A stretch of DNA of 32,000 nucleotides from Dickeya dadantii NCPPB 898 (GTDB taxonomy: Bacteria > Pseudomonadota > Gammaproteobacteria > Enterobacterales > Enterobacteriaceae). The number at the start of each line of letters is the position of its first letter. Position 1 is the stretch's first letter. Shown here piece by piece: positions 1-9,567 of the stretch. Position numbers and translations under genes: made by a program. The notes below the pieces were generated by a model, which was given only the letters and a program-made list of their open reading frames with translations, searched no databases and was not told the DNA's origin. The stretch is from contig NZ_CM001976.1 of assembly GCF_000406145.1 (NCBI RefSeq), positions 3,883,177 to 3,915,176 of the forward strand, in the 5' to 3' direction.

Positions 1-453
1 GGCGCGGTAAATAAACGGCAGCGCGATGGTGAAATAGCAGCCGACCAGAATCCAGGGGGTGCCGGTCAGCGCCAGCGGTTCGGCGGAGTAAAGCTGTAGC
101 AGCCCCACCGACGACACCACCGGCGGCACCGCAAACGGCAGCAGAATCAGCACGTTCATCAGCCCGTCCAGCTTCGGAAACGCCCAGGCGATCACGAACA
201 TCGCCGGCAACACCAGCAACAGCGAAAACAGTAATGCGCCGAAACAGATCAGCAGCGAGTGGCCCAGCGCCACCAGAAAACGGCTGTCGCTCCACAGTTG
301 CGTAAACCATTTCAGGGTCAGCCCCTGCGGCAGAATGGTCGCGCCCCACTCGGTGGCGAGCGCGTAACCCAGCGTCGCCAGCAGCGGCAACATCAGAATC
401 AGTAACACCAGCCACACCACCAGCAGGTGGTAACGGCGTTCAGCACGAGACAT
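1..453 (-). CDS. ABC transporter permease, 5' part only; the gene runs off the left edge of the window
   Basis: Not in the ORF track because no stop lies in the window. ATG at 453-451 opens a frame reading MSRAERRYHLLVVWLVLLILMLPLLATLGYALA..., hydrophobic and permease-like. It starts 21 nt after the stop of the upstream permease gene. Confidence 0.7.
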   Translation of the reverse strand, partial: MSRAERRYHLLVVWLVLLILMLPLLATLGYALATEWGATILPQGLTLKWFTQLWSDSRFLVALGHSLLICFGALLFSLLLVLPAMFVIAWAFPKLDGLMNVLILLPFAVPPVVSSVGLLQLYSAEPLALTGTPWILVGCYFTIALPFIYRA

Positions 454-473
454 GGCGGCCTCCGGCAACAGGA

Positions 474-1316
474 TTAGCGGGCAGCATGGAGATAACTCCG
501 GCTTAGCAGCCATTGGTGAACCACGGTAATCAGCGCCATCAGCAATACCAGCAACATGGACAGCGCGCTGCCCAGGTTCGGATCCAGCGAGATATCGCCG
601 GACACCAGCGCCGCGATGCGGATCGGCACCACGTTGAAGTTACCGGTAGTGAGCGCGTAAATGGTAGCGTAGGCGCCCAGCGCATTCGCCAGCAGAATGA
701 CGAAGGTGCCGAGCAACGCCGGCGTCAGCACCGGAATGCCGATGTGCAGCCAGTAACGCCAGCGGCTGGCGCCCAGCAGCGCCGCCGACTCCTGCCATTC
801 GCTGCGCAGCCCGTCGAAGGCCGGGTAGAGCAGCAGGATGCCGAGCGGAATCTGGAAATAGGTATAAATCAGGATCAACCCGTCACGGGAGTAGAGATTA
901 AAGCCGTCGATCAGCCCATTCTGCCTGAGCAACAGGGTGATAAAACCGTTCAGCCCCAGCATGATCACGAAGGCAAACGCCAGCGGCACACCGGCGAAAT
1001 TACTGGTCATGTTGGCGAACGACATCACAAAACGCCGCAGCCGCCCTTCCCCCAGCTGTTGCAGCGAATAGCCGCCGACCAGCGCGATGACAAGGCCATA
1101 CAGGCTTGACCAGAACGAGATATCCAACGAAAAGCGCATCGCCTGCAAATAAAACGGCGACGTCAACAGGTCACGGTAGTTCGCCAGCCCCCAGGCGCTG
1201 TCCATGTCGCTGTAAAAACTGTTGATCGCCATCCACACCAGCGGGGCTACCTGAAACGCGATAAACACCACCAAAAACGGCAGCAGAACCAGCGCCGCCA
1301 GCCATCGATTCCTCAC
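474..1316 (-). CDS. ABC transporter permease (binding-protein-dependent transport inner membrane component)
   Basis: Multi-TM hydrophobic protein. I place the start at GTG 1316-1314 (VRNRWLAALVLLPF...). This forms a GTGA overlap with the stop of the upstream gene at 1313-1315, suggesting translational coupling. The longer track ORF would overlap that gene by about 90 nt. Confidence 0.75.
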   Translation of the reverse strand: MRNRWLAALVLLPFLVVFIAFQVAPLVWMAINSFYSDMDSAWGLANYRDLLTSPFYLQAMRFSLDISFWSSLYGLVIALVGGYSLQQLGEGRLRRFVMSFANMTSNFAGVPLAFAFVIMLGLNGFITLLLRQNGLIDGFNLYSRDGLILIYTYFQIPLGILLLYPAFDGLRSEWQESAALLGASRWRYWLHIGIPVLTPALLGTFVILLANALGAYATIYALTTGNFNVVPIRIAALVSGDISLDPNLGSALSMLLVLLMALITVVHQWLLSRSYLHAAR

Positions 1317-2137
1317 GCCCGCCCCTCCGTGATGCCTTTCACCAACAGATCGCGGCTCACGGGCTTGTCGTGCGTCACGCCAAGCAACTGGCACACCGTA
1401 CCGCACAGCTCGGTTTGCTGCGGCGCGGCATCCGGTTGCAGCGAGAAACCATCGCCGAATACGTACAGCGGCACCTGACGTTCTTCCGGCAAAATGCCGC
1501 CGTGACTGCGGTCATCGTTCATGCCGTGATCCGCCGTCACCAGCACCTGATACCCCTCCGCCAGCCAGCGCGGCATCCAGTGCGACAGGTAGCCGTCCGC
1601 CATGCGCGCCTTGTTGCGGTACTGCGGGGTGGACAGGCCGTGCCGGTGCCCGGCGTCGTCAATGTTCATCGGGTGGATCAGCAGAAAGTCCGGCTGATAG
1701 CGCCGGCGCAGGCTTTCCGCGTCTTCAAACAGATGGGAGTCGGGATAGCCGTCGTCATGGTAGAAGTGGCCGTACTGGATCGGCAGCGACGGCTCGACGG
1801 TATGACGATCGCGCGCCGCGTCAAACGGCGTGCGGTTGTACAACTCGCTGACCCAGTGATACGCCGCGGCAGCCGTGGTTAATCCGGCGTCGCGGGCGTA
1901 ATGGAAAATGCTGCGCTCGCGGCTCAGCCGGTCGACGCCGTTGTGGATGATGCCGCTCTGCACCGGCGTTATACCGGTGAGAATGCACTCATACAACGGG
2001 CGCGACAGCGACGGCAGCTCGCACTCCAACTGGTAGAGGCAACCGCGCCCGGCGGCGCACTCCGCCTGCAGGTAGCCCATCGCCTCACGCCCGACCTGAA
2101 AGCTCAGCCCGTCCAGTATCACCAGAATCGTTTTCAT
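1313..2137 (-). CDS. Alkaline phosphatase superfamily protein (type I phosphodiesterase / nucleotide pyrophosphatase-like)
   Basis: MKTILVILDGLS... N-terminus and DAGHRHG / TADHGM metal-ligand-like motifs typical of the alkaline phosphatase/NPP fold. Embedded in the ABC operon. Confidence 0.65.
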   Translation of the reverse strand: MKTILVILDGLSFQVGREAMGYLQAECAAGRGCLYQLECELPSLSRPLYECILTGITPVQSGIIHNGVDRLSRERSIFHYARDAGLTTAAAAYHWVSELYNRTPFDAARDRHTVEPSLPIQYGHFYHDDGYPDSHLFEDAESLRRRYQPDFLLIHPMNIDDAGHRHGLSTPQYRNKARMADGYLSHWMPRWLAEGYQVLVTADHGMNDDRSHGGILPEERQVPLYVFGDGFSLQPDAAPQQTELCGTVCQLLGVTHDKPVSRDLLVKGITEGRA

Positions 2138-2158
2138 CCCACACTCCCGCCTGCGTCG

Positions 2159-3214
2159 TTACTGCTTCATGTTGATGATGACGTTTTCCTGCCACAGACG
2201 CGGCAGCGCTTTCACCGTCTTGTCCCAGGCTTCGGCGTCGGCGATCGGATGCGCGTTTTTGTACTGTTCCTGCGGCAGCAGTTTGGCCTTCACGTCATCC
2301 GGCAGGGTAATGTGCTGGGCGCGGATCGGGCGGGCATAACCGCGCGCCAGATTGATCTGACCGGCGTCGGAGAAGATGTACTCGCGTGCCAGTTTGGCGG
2401 CGTTCGGGTGTTTGGCGTATTTGTTGATGATGGTGGTGTAGCCGGAGATCACCGAACCGTCAGAGGGGATCAATACGTCGAAACGATCTTTGTTGATCTT
2501 GTCGCGGTAGTTCAGGCCGTTGAAATCCCACACCACGCCCACCTGCACTTCGCCTTTCTCGATATTGGCGATAGCCGGGTTGGTCAGGCCGAGACGACCT
2601 TCTTTCGCCAGTTTGGCGAAGAAATCCAGCGCCGGTTTCAGGTTCTTCTCGTTGCCGCCCAGCGCGAAGCTGGCCGCCAGCACGCCGCTGGACGCCTGAG
2701 ACGCGGTGCCGACGTCGCCGATGGTCACCACGTAGTTGCCTTTTTGCAGATCCGCCCAACTATGCGGAATCTCTTTTACCTGCTGTTTATCGACGATAAA
2801 CGCAATGGTGCCGGTGTAGGCCATCGCCCAGTGGCCGTCCTTGTCTTTCGCCCAGTCCGGCACCTGTTCCCAGGTGGTCGGCTTGTACGGCTGGCTCACC
2901 CCTTTTTGTACCGCCACCGGGCCGAAAGCGACGCCCACGTCGCCGATATCCGCGCTGGCGTTCTCTTTCTCGGCGGCGAACTTGGCGATCTCCTGCGCGG
3001 AAGACATGTCGGTATCGCTGTGTTTCAGGCCATATTTGGCGCTCAAATCGTCCCAGGTATCTTTCCAGTTGGCCCAGCTGTCCGGCATGCCGACGCTGTT
3101 AACTTCGCCTTCGGCGCGGGCGGCTTTTTCCAGCGCCGCCAGATCCTGCGCCATGGCAGCGGTCGAAAACAACGCGCTGCTGATTAACACAGAAGACAAC
3201 AATTTTTTCATCAT
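2159..3214 (-). CDS. Periplasmic substrate-binding protein of the ABC transporter (PotD/AfuA-like family)
   Basis: Start moved to ATGATG at 3214/3211, preceded by GGAG. Signal peptide MMKKLLSSVLISSALFSTAAMA. Overall binding-protein-like composition. Confidence 0.8.
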   Translation of the reverse strand: MMKKLLSSVLISSALFSTAAMAQDLAALEKAARAEGEVNSVGMPDSWANWKDTWDDLSAKYGLKHSDTDMSSAQEIAKFAAEKENASADIGDVGVAFGPVAVQKGVSQPYKPTTWEQVPDWAKDKDGHWAMAYTGTIAFIVDKQQVKEIPHSWADLQKGNYVVTIGDVGTASQASSGVLAASFALGGNEKNLKPALDFFAKLAKEGRLGLTNPAIANIEKGEVQVGVVWDFNGLNYRDKINKDRFDVLIPSDGSVISGYTTIINKYAKHPNAAKLAREYIFSDAGQINLARGYARPIRAQHITLPDDVKAKLLPQEQYKNAHPIADAEAWDKTVKALPRLWQENVIINMKQ

Positions 3215-3478
3215 TATGCTCCATAAGAGGGGGAGTGATACGCTGTTGGTCTGATACTCTGCTGGTCTAGTCCAGCAATAAGTACGCCAATTCAGCACAC
3301 GGCGATGAAGTTTTCATGTCGGCAGCATGACGAAAAGGTTTCAGCGCCGGTCTGCCAACGCCTGCGGGCGGCGTCTGACGCCGGTCGGCTGGCGATTTGC
3401 ATCATCCCGACAGACCGGCAACCTAATAGTCAAAAATCCCTGCTATGGTGCAGGCTGCACAACATCAAGGCTCTAACA

Positions 3479-4186
3479 ATGATGAAAATACAACCGACCG
3501 CCATCGCCCAGATTGCCGATGCGCTGATCGAACGGATTCACCAGGGCGAGTTCGCCAGCGGGCGGCTGCCGTCCGAGCGGGCGCTCAGCGAGCAATTTTC
3601 CACCACCCGCATTACCCTGCGCGAAGCGCTCACCTTGCTGGAATCGCAGGGCATCATTTATCGGGAACTACGGCGCGGTTGGTTCATCTCACCGCCGCGG
3701 CTTAGCTATAATCCGCTGCACAGAAGTCACTTTCATGAAATGGCGGAAAAACAGGGGCGTAAAGCCGCCACCGAGGTGCTGGACGCCGGCGTCGTCGCGG
3801 CGAATGCGGCGATCGCCCGTCATCTGGAACTGGAGGAAGGCGCGGATATCTACCGTATCCGCCGTTTGCGGCGCCTCGACGGGCGCGCGGTGCTGTACGT
3901 GGAACACTATTTGAACCCGGCCTGGTTTCCGGATTTACTGCGCAGCGACCTGACGCGTTCGCTCACCCAGCTTTACCAGTCGCAATACGACATTCGTTAC
4001 GGCCGGGTGCGTTTTACCATGCTGCCGACGCCGCTGCCGCCGGTCGCCGCCCCGGCGCTAAAGCTCGCGCCCGGCAGTCCGGCGCTGTTCATCACCCGCA
4101 TTAACCGCGATCAGCACGACCGCATCATCGACTGCGACTGCGAGTACTGGCGCTACGACGCGCTGTATATTGATGTGGAAGCGTGA
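3479..4186 (+). CDS. GntR/HutC-family transcriptional regulator with UTRA effector domain (PhnR-like)
   Basis: Start at ATG 3479 (MMKIQPTAIAQIADALIERIHQGEF...). LPSERALSEQFSTTRITLREAL is the GntR winged-helix signature. Divergent from the ABC operon. Confidence 0.75.
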   Translation: MMKIQPTAIAQIADALIERIHQGEFASGRLPSERALSEQFSTTRITLREALTLLESQGIIYRELRRGWFISPPRLSYNPLHRSHFHEMAEKQGRKAATEVLDAGVVAANAAIARHLELEEGADIYRIRRLRRLDGRAVLYVEHYLNPAWFPDLLRSDLTRSLTQLYQSQYDIRYGRVRFTMLPTPLPPVAAPALKLAPGSPALFITRINRDQHDRIIDCDCEYWRYDALYIDVEA

Positions 4187-4249
4187 CGGCCTGCCAGAGT
4201 TACAGCAGGCGGAGAACTCATCAGACGGAAAACTACTGTGGATGAAGAA

Positions 4250-4708
4250 CTACAGCAGGCGGGAATCGAAATAGAACGGCACCACCTGCAGCGTGGATAA
4301 CACCTGTTGCGCCTCCGGGTGTTCAGGGTTGAACAGCGCGTTCCATTCGCCGGTCAGCGTGCTCGGCACCTTCAGCACCAGACTGACGCGCGACGCCAGC
4401 CACTCATCACCGATCTGCCGGGTGGCGTCCGGCGGCGGATCCTGTTGCCAGTCGGCGGGCAACGCGTCCCGGCTTAACTCCATCACCAGCGTATCGGGCA
4501 CCTCTACCGATAGTAGCGAAAACGCCGGCAGCATAGCCACTTCCCGCAGGTGTACCAGCGTCTCCAGCAGGCACAGCGCAATGGTGCCGCCCAGATAGAC
4601 ACAGGGAACGCCCTTGCTGTTCCAGCGCCCGCCGTACAGTTTTGCGCCCGCGCCATCAAACGCCTGTGACACAAATGTCTGCTTCACCAGTCGGTAAAAC
4701 GTCGCCAT
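4250..4708 (-). CDS. RES-domain toxin of a RES-Xre type II toxin-antitoxin pair
   Basis: GGRWNSKGVPCVYLGGTIALCLLE (R...E) and later S motifs typical of RES domains. ATGA start/stop overlap with the upstream antitoxin at 4706-4710. Confidence 0.8.
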   Translation of the reverse strand: MATFYRLVKQTFVSQAFDGAGAKLYGGRWNSKGVPCVYLGGTIALCLLETLVHLREVAMLPAFSLLSVEVPDTLVMELSRDALPADWQQDPPPDATRQIGDEWLASRVSLVLKVPSTLTGEWNALFNPEHPEAQQVLSTLQVVPFYFDSRLL

Positions 4709-5160
4709 CAGCTGATGACGCCGTGGCCGATGCGGCCAATCAGATCCAGCACCGCTTCGGTGCCGGCCGGGGTTTTCAGCATCGCGGCCGGCGGTTGCCC
4801 GCCCAGCGCCTTCGCCGGCTGATTCAGCCAGTCGACCGCTTTGACGTAATCGCGATCGAACAACCGCGCGGCGGCGTCCAGCACCCGAACGCTGGCATAA
4901 ATTCTGGCGCCCTGCTCCACCGACCAGGTCTTCTCCGGATGCTTGAGCCGGCGGTGGTAGGTACTGCGATCGACGCCGACCAGCCGCAACAAATAGCCTT
5001 CATCCAGCTGCGCCTTATTGGCGGCCTCGCGGATGATGCTGACCGGCAAACCTTCGCTGATCTGTTCATGTGCCCGCACCAGTGAAGAAGACAGAGACAG
5101 AGCGGCTAAAATCCCCTCGTGCTCCTGTACACGGACGGTCGGCGTAAACAGCGATGTCAT
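4708..5160 (-). CDS. Xre-like antitoxin with C-terminal toxin-binding domain (DUF2384 / MbcA-ParS-like)
   Basis: C-terminal ...AVDWLNQPAKALGGQPPAAMLKTPAGTEAVLDLIGRIGHGV matches the antitoxin domain that pairs with RES toxins. AGGAGGGGA RBS. A GTTGCAAC palindrome lies just upstream at 5183-5190. Confidence 0.8.
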   Translation of the reverse strand: MTSLFTPTVRVQEHEGILAALSLSSSLVRAHEQISEGLPVSIIREAANKAQLDEGYLLRLVGVDRSTYHRRLKHPEKTWSVEQGARIYASVRVLDAAARLFDRDYVKAVDWLNQPAKALGGQPPAAMLKTPAGTEAVLDLIGRIGHGVIS

Positions 5161-5519
5161 GATCCCCTCCTGATTCGTTGCGGTTGCAACATCAGTTTAT
5201 TGCAGTCGCACAAAAAACGCAAAAATACCTATTTCGGTGATGGCATGTGGGCAAAACATAGCGAAAGTCCCTGAAAATACTTGATGCCTCGAATAACATA
5301 TCCTGACCGCACATTGCCCATTCCACGACAAAGCGAAGAATTACGCTGATACAACGCATAGTTGTTATATGACTTAAAGTTTTTATTACGCCATTGAGTT
5401 TCATATGGCGCATCTGAGATGTGCGTTTCTGTAGCTCTCGCGATTATAAGATACATATTGACGCATTGATTTAATTGAGATTAGTATACTTTCGCCTTTT
5501 TTATTGAGTCATAGGGACT

Positions 5520-7448
5520 ATGCGCACTTTCCTCTTATTTTTGGGCGTTCTACTGTTTTCATCATCGGTTTTATCGGCAGAACCATCCCATGTAAATTTC
5601 ACAGAACAAAATCAGCAAATTACATCATTAATTGGGCAACTCATTCAGTTACACCGAGAGCAAGCAAAACTGGAAGAGCAGGTCAAATCCAACACCAATG
5701 ATATTCAGGCCCTCGCCGATAAAAATAAAGATGTATTAAAAAATGAGATCGCGACCCTTTCCAGAGAAATTTCATTCACTGAAAAAACAGTGGAAATACG
5801 GATTGCCAATATCGAAAAAAGCAGCGATTACATTAATAAATTATATGGTGTAGGAAGCATTATTATTACATTGATGATCTTTGGATTTGGTTTCATTGGT
5901 TATCAAAGAGCCAAGACTGATGCAAAATCAGCCGCTGAAACCGCGATGAAAGAATGGATTAAGAAGAATGAAAACGCGGTATTATCCACCATTGATGAGC
6001 ACACAAGAGCACAAGAAGCGTTATTACGAGATCATACCGATAGCTTGCTTCAGGAGCTAAGAGATACGGTGCAAAATGCACAAAAAGATGGCGAAAAGCT
6101 GGCAGGTTTCCTGAGAAAAGTTCAGGAAAATAAAGGCGCCACGATTGAAGAAAAACAGTTTATTCCCCAGGAAGCAGATAAAGCCGCAGGCTCAGTTCAT
6201 CAGGAAGACAAAGGGCCTCATGCCCCTTCGGTAAAAAAAGCCAGAGGCTTATTCAATCAAGGCGTCAGTCTTGGGCAGCAGGGTAAATCGGACCAGGCAA
6301 TACAAATTTATAACCAGTTAATCACTGAATTCCAGGACAGCGATGATCCGATATTACAGGAGCTGGTTGCCAAAGCCATGGGCAACAAAGGCTTCAGGCT
6401 TGGGAAAAAAGGCGAACTGAGCGACGCAATCCAGACCTACGATCGGTTGATAACCCGTTTCAAAAACAGTGATAGCCCTGTCATTCTGCAATGGATTGCC
6501 ACCGCGATGCTGAATAAAGCCATCAATATTGGGCAACAAGGCCAATCGGATGAAGAAATCCAGGCCTACGACCAGTTGATCGATAAATTCAAAGACAGCA
6601 CAACGCCGGCAATACAGGAATTGGTAGCCAAAGCCATGGTCAACAAAGGCGTCAGACTTGGGCAACAGGATAAATCGGACGAAGCCATCCACAACTATGA
6701 CCAACTGATAGACATGTTTGAAGGCAGTGATAGCCCCGCCGTACTGAAACAGGTCGCTATGGCTATGCTCAATAAAGGCGTCAGACTGGGGCAACAAGGC
6801 CATGCTGACAGCGCTATCCAGAACTATGATCTGCTGATTGCCCGGTTCAAAGACCGCGATGAACTTGAACTCCAGGAGCAGGTTGCCAAAGCCATGCTGA
6901 ATAAAGGCGTCAAATTTGGGCAACAAAACGCACAGGATGAGGCCATTCAAATTTATGACCAGTTGATTGCCCAGTTCAATGACCACAGTGAACTCGTATT
7001 CCAGGAACTGGTGATCAAGGCTATGCTGAATAAAGGCGTTAGGCTTGGGAAGCAGGGAAAACAAGAAGAAGAGATCAAAATCTACGACCAGCTAATAGCC
7101 CGGCACAAAGACAGCGACGAGCCAGTGCTGCTAAATCAGGTCGCCATGGCCATGGTCAATAAAGGCATCAGCCTGCGGCAGCATGGTCAGCCAGAAGAGG
7201 CCATCAAGATCTATGACCAACTGATCGCGACGTTCCAGGACAGTGAGGTGCCGACAATACAGGAACGTGTTGTCAGCGCTATGTTTTATAAAGGATTCGC
7301 GCTTGGAAAGCAGGGCCAGACGGACCAGGCGGTGCAAACCTACGATCGACTGATAACCACATTCCAGAGCAGTGATGATCCCGCAATACAAGCCATTGTC
7401 GCCAAAGCGAGGAAAGAGCATAAAACGCTGACAACATCTAAAGAATAG
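5520..7448 (+). CDS. Membrane-anchored coiled-coil protein with nine tandem 43-aa TPR-like repeats; function unknown
   Basis: N-terminal signal-like segment MRTFLLFLGVLLFSSSVLSA, coiled-coil-like stretch, TM segment GVGSIIITLMIFGFGFIGY (about aa 108-128), then nine units of the form NKGxxLGQQGKxDEAIQxYDQLIxxFxDSDxPxxQExVAKAM. AGGGA RBS. Markedly lower GC than the flanks. Confidence 0.7.
   Translation: MRTFLLFLGVLLFSSSVLSAEPSHVNFTEQNQQITSLIGQLIQLHREQAKLEEQVKSNTNDIQALADKNKDVLKNEIATLSREISFTEKTVEIRIANIEKSSDYINKLYGVGSIIITLMIFGFGFIGYQRAKTDAKSAAETAMKEWIKKNENAVLSTIDEHTRAQEALLRDHTDSLLQELRDTVQNAQKDGEKLAGFLRKVQENKGATIEEKQFIPQEADKAAGSVHQEDKGPHAPSVKKARGLFNQGVSLGQQGKSDQAIQIYNQLITEFQDSDDPILQELVAKAMGNKGFRLGKKGELSDAIQTYDRLITRFKNSDSPVILQWIATAMLNKAINIGQQGQSDEEIQAYDQLIDKFKDSTTPAIQELVAKAMVNKGVRLGQQDKSDEAIHNYDQLIDMFEGSDSPAVLKQVAMAMLNKGVRLGQQGHADSAIQNYDLLIARFKDRDELELQEQVAKAMLNKGVKFGQQNAQDEAIQIYDQLIAQFNDHSELVFQELVIKAMLNKGVRLGKQGKQEEEIKIYDQLIARHKDSDEPVLLNQVAMAMVNKGISLRQHGQPEEAIKIYDQLIATFQDSEVPTIQERVVSAMFYKGFALGKQGQTDQAVQTYDRLITTFQSSDDPAIQAIVAKARKEHKTLTTSKE
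6240..7409 (+). repeat. Nine tandem 129-bp (43-codon) coding repeats inside the TPR-like gene
   Basis: The NKG motif recurs at aa 246, 289, 332, 375, 418, 461, 504, 547 and 590, exactly 43 aa apart. Confidence 0.85.
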
Positions 7449-7687
7449 CGCCCCCAATCGAGAGCCGATAGCGACAGCGCAATCTGTAACATACAGATTG
7501 CCGGCTACATCTCCCACGCGCCGTCTATCCAAGGTATACTTCTTCCTTTCAAATACGAAAATGACGGTGACGGTGCCAACCACCCTCACCGTGTTGTGGT
7601 TCTTACAGGTCGAATCTCGCCTAAGCGCTTTATCAATCTTTATCCCTGTAAGTGTTAAGGTTAACTCCCAGAACATCCTTCCCCTTG

Positions 7688-8692
7688 ATGAAAGAGAAAG
7701 AAAGTACAGAAACGCTACGTAGCAATTGGCACGGCCGCTTTAGCGTTGCCCCCATGCTGGACTGGACGGACCGCCACTGCCGCTACTTTCACCGGCTGCT
7801 GAGTCACAACGCGCTGTTGTACACCGAGATGGTGACCACCGGGGCGATTTTGCACGGCAAAGGCGACTATCTGGCCTACAGCGACGAGGAGCATCCGCTG
7901 GCGTTGCAGCTCGGCGGCAGCGACCCGGCGGCGCTGGCGCAGTGCGCCGTGCTGGCGGAACAGCGCGGCTATGACGAAATCAACCTCAACGTCGGCTGCC
8001 CGTCCGACCGGGTGCAAAACGGCCGTTTCGGCGCCTGCCTGATGGCGGAAGCACAACTGGTGGCGGACTGCGTAACAGCGATGCGCGAACGCGTCGACAT
8101 TCCGGTGACGGTCAAAACCCGCATCGGCATCGACGATCAGGACAGCTACACGTTTCTGTGCGATTTCATCCGCACCGTCTCCGAACAGGGCGGCTGCGAT
8201 ACCTTTATCGTACACGCCCGCAAGGCCTGGCTGTCCGGCCTTAGCCCGAAAGAAAACCGCGAGATCCCGCCGCTGGACTACCCGCGCGTCTACCAGCTCA
8301 AGCGTGATTTCCCGTCGCTGACGCTGGCTATTAACGGCGGCGTCAAAACGCTGGCCGAGGCGCGGCAGCATCTGCAACACGTGGATGGCGTGATGGTGGG
8401 CCGTGAAGCCTATCAAAATCCCGGTATGCTGGCGCAAGTCGATCGCGAACTGTTTGGCGCGGACTCGGTTGCGCCGGATCAGGCCGACGTGGTACGGGCG
8501 ATGTATCCGTATATCGAACGCGAACTCTCCGCCGGCGCATCGTTAGGCCACATTACCCGCCATATGCTCGGCCTGTTTCAGGGTCTGCCCGGCGCGCGTC
8601 AGTGGCGGCGTTACCTGAGCGAAAATGCCCATAAACCCGGTGCGGATGCCGCCGTGGTGGAGCGCGCGCTGGCGTTGGTTAAGTTGGCCTAA
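7688..8692 (+). CDS. dusA: tRNA-dihydrouridine(20/20a) synthase DusA
   Basis: [24 protein letters not shown]...[20 protein letters not shown]...[34 protein letters not shown] is near-identical in pattern to E. coli DusA as I recall it. Start chosen at ATG 7688. Confidence 0.9.
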   Translation: MKEKESTETLRSNWHGRFSVAPMLDWTDRHCRYFHRLLSHNALLYTEMVTTGAILHGKGDYLAYSDEEHPLALQLGGSDPAALAQCAVLAEQRGYDEINLNVGCPSDRVQNGRFGACLMAEAQLVADCVTAMRERVDIPVTVKTRIGIDDQDSYTFLCDFIRTVSEQGGCDTFIVHARKAWLSGLSPKENREIPPLDYPRVYQLKRDFPSLTLAINGGVKTLAEARQHLQHVDGVMVGREAYQNPGMLAQVDRELFGADSVAPDQADVVRAMYPYIERELSAGASLGHITRHMLGLFQGLPGARQWRRYLSENAHKPGADAAVVERALALVKLA

Positions 8693-8782
8693 AAAAACCA
8701 ACTATTGGTCTTTTTGACCAACACATTCTCTCCGCCTTCCTGACCGTCGCTGATAAATCAATCAGTTATCAGCGACGCATTC

Positions 8783-8798
8783 TGGCACGGTTCTTGTA
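8783..8798 (+). promoter_or_regulatory. Candidate sigma-54 (-24/-12) promoter for pspG
   Basis: TGGCAC-GGTTC-TTGTA has the GG-N10-G(C/T) spacing of sigma-54 promoters and sits about 85 nt upstream of pspG, a known PspF/sigma-54-dependent gene in E. coli. Confidence 0.5.
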
Positions 8799-8882
8799 AT
8801 AAACCTCCTGTAAGCATCATGCGGCACACGGAATACGCTATTCCCCTGCGCAAGACGCGGTTTAACGGCTAAGGAGCACACC

Positions 8883-9158
8883 ATGTTGGAAATTTTCTTC
8901 GTTATTGGCTTTTTTATCATGCTGCTGGTCACCGGCGTTTCACTGCTGGGAGTGATGGTGGCGCTGGTTGTCGCGTCGGTGGTTATGCTGATTGGCGGAC
9001 TGTTTGCCGTGGCGATCAAGGTGCTGCCGTGGCTACTGTTGGCGGTCGTGGTGGTGTGGCTGTGGCGCCGGTTTCAGGGCCGACCGCTCTCCCGTATGCA
9101 TCGCTACGCGTACCGTAAAAAATATACCTTTCGTCACCGTCGGGGCGGGGAGTGGTAA
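8883..9158 (+). CDS. pspG: Phage shock protein G
   Basis: MLEIFFVIGFFIMLLVTGVSLLG...LPWLLLAVVVVW resembles E. coli PspG. Conserved position next to dusA. AAGGAG RBS. Confidence 0.85.
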   Translation: MLEIFFVIGFFIMLLVTGVSLLGVMVALVVASVVMLIGGLFAVAIKVLPWLLLAVVVVWLWRRFQGRPLSRMHRYAYRKKYTFRHRRGGEW

Positions 9159-9567
9159 GCCTGAAAAATGACAAAATCTGAATGAGATACGGAAATGACA
9201 GGCCGCGCCGTACCTGATGCAAAATTGTGCGCCAGCAGATATTTTTTCCTTATCGTGGCTGCTAGGATGTCGCTCACTGTCTGGCTTCCCCCCTTTCATG
9301 AGAGCGCCGGCAAATGACACGGTTTCATCATCGTCAGGAAAATAATAGCCGCCCAGCGGCGCCTTCGTGACGAGCACCACACTGTACCCTACATACAGTG
9401 GATGAAATTAGCGTAATGGCAAAAGCCGTCCTGTGGAATAATACCGACTCGCTGAGAGTCGGTATTATTACCCGGCCCTATCGCACCGCAGAAAAATCCC
9501 CGTCATCACGATGTTTCCCTCCCTCCGCCAGGGCGGCGCCGTACGTCAAAAACGCAACCTACGGTGC

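Noticed and set aside
4201-4262. 12-bp perfect direct repeat TACAGCAGGCGG at 4201-4212 and 4251-4262, spanning the GntR-RES junction.
   Set aside because: Too short to distinguish from chance. The second copy is simply the RES gene's C-terminal codons. No matching repeat at the other islet boundary.
5192-5456. Two overlapping small minus-strand ORFs (73 and 75 aa) in the AT-rich stretch upstream of the TPR-like gene.
   Set aside because: No RBS, odd composition, mutually overlapping frames. More likely this is promoter or intergenic DNA of the islet; a TTGACG-N18-TAGTAT promoter-like pair for the TPR-like gene lies at about 5457-5486.
7480-7500. Perfect 9-bp-stem palindrome CAATCTGTA-ACA-TACAGATTG after the TPR-like gene, considered as a terminator.
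   Set aside because: No U-tract on either strand, so it is not a canonical intrinsic terminator. It could be a protein-binding site, but I have no evidence.
7449-7687. Possibility that 4190-7687 is a dusA-targeting integrative element.
   Set aside because: No integrase, excisionase or recognisable att repeat of the dusA 5' end in the window. I retained only the weaker statement (low-GC islet at a known hotspot) as a finding.
9033-9380. 115-aa minus-strand ORF downstream of pspG.
   Set aside because: Its C-terminal half is antisense to pspG. There is no RBS or recognisable domain. At most it is a remnant, and I cannot support a call.
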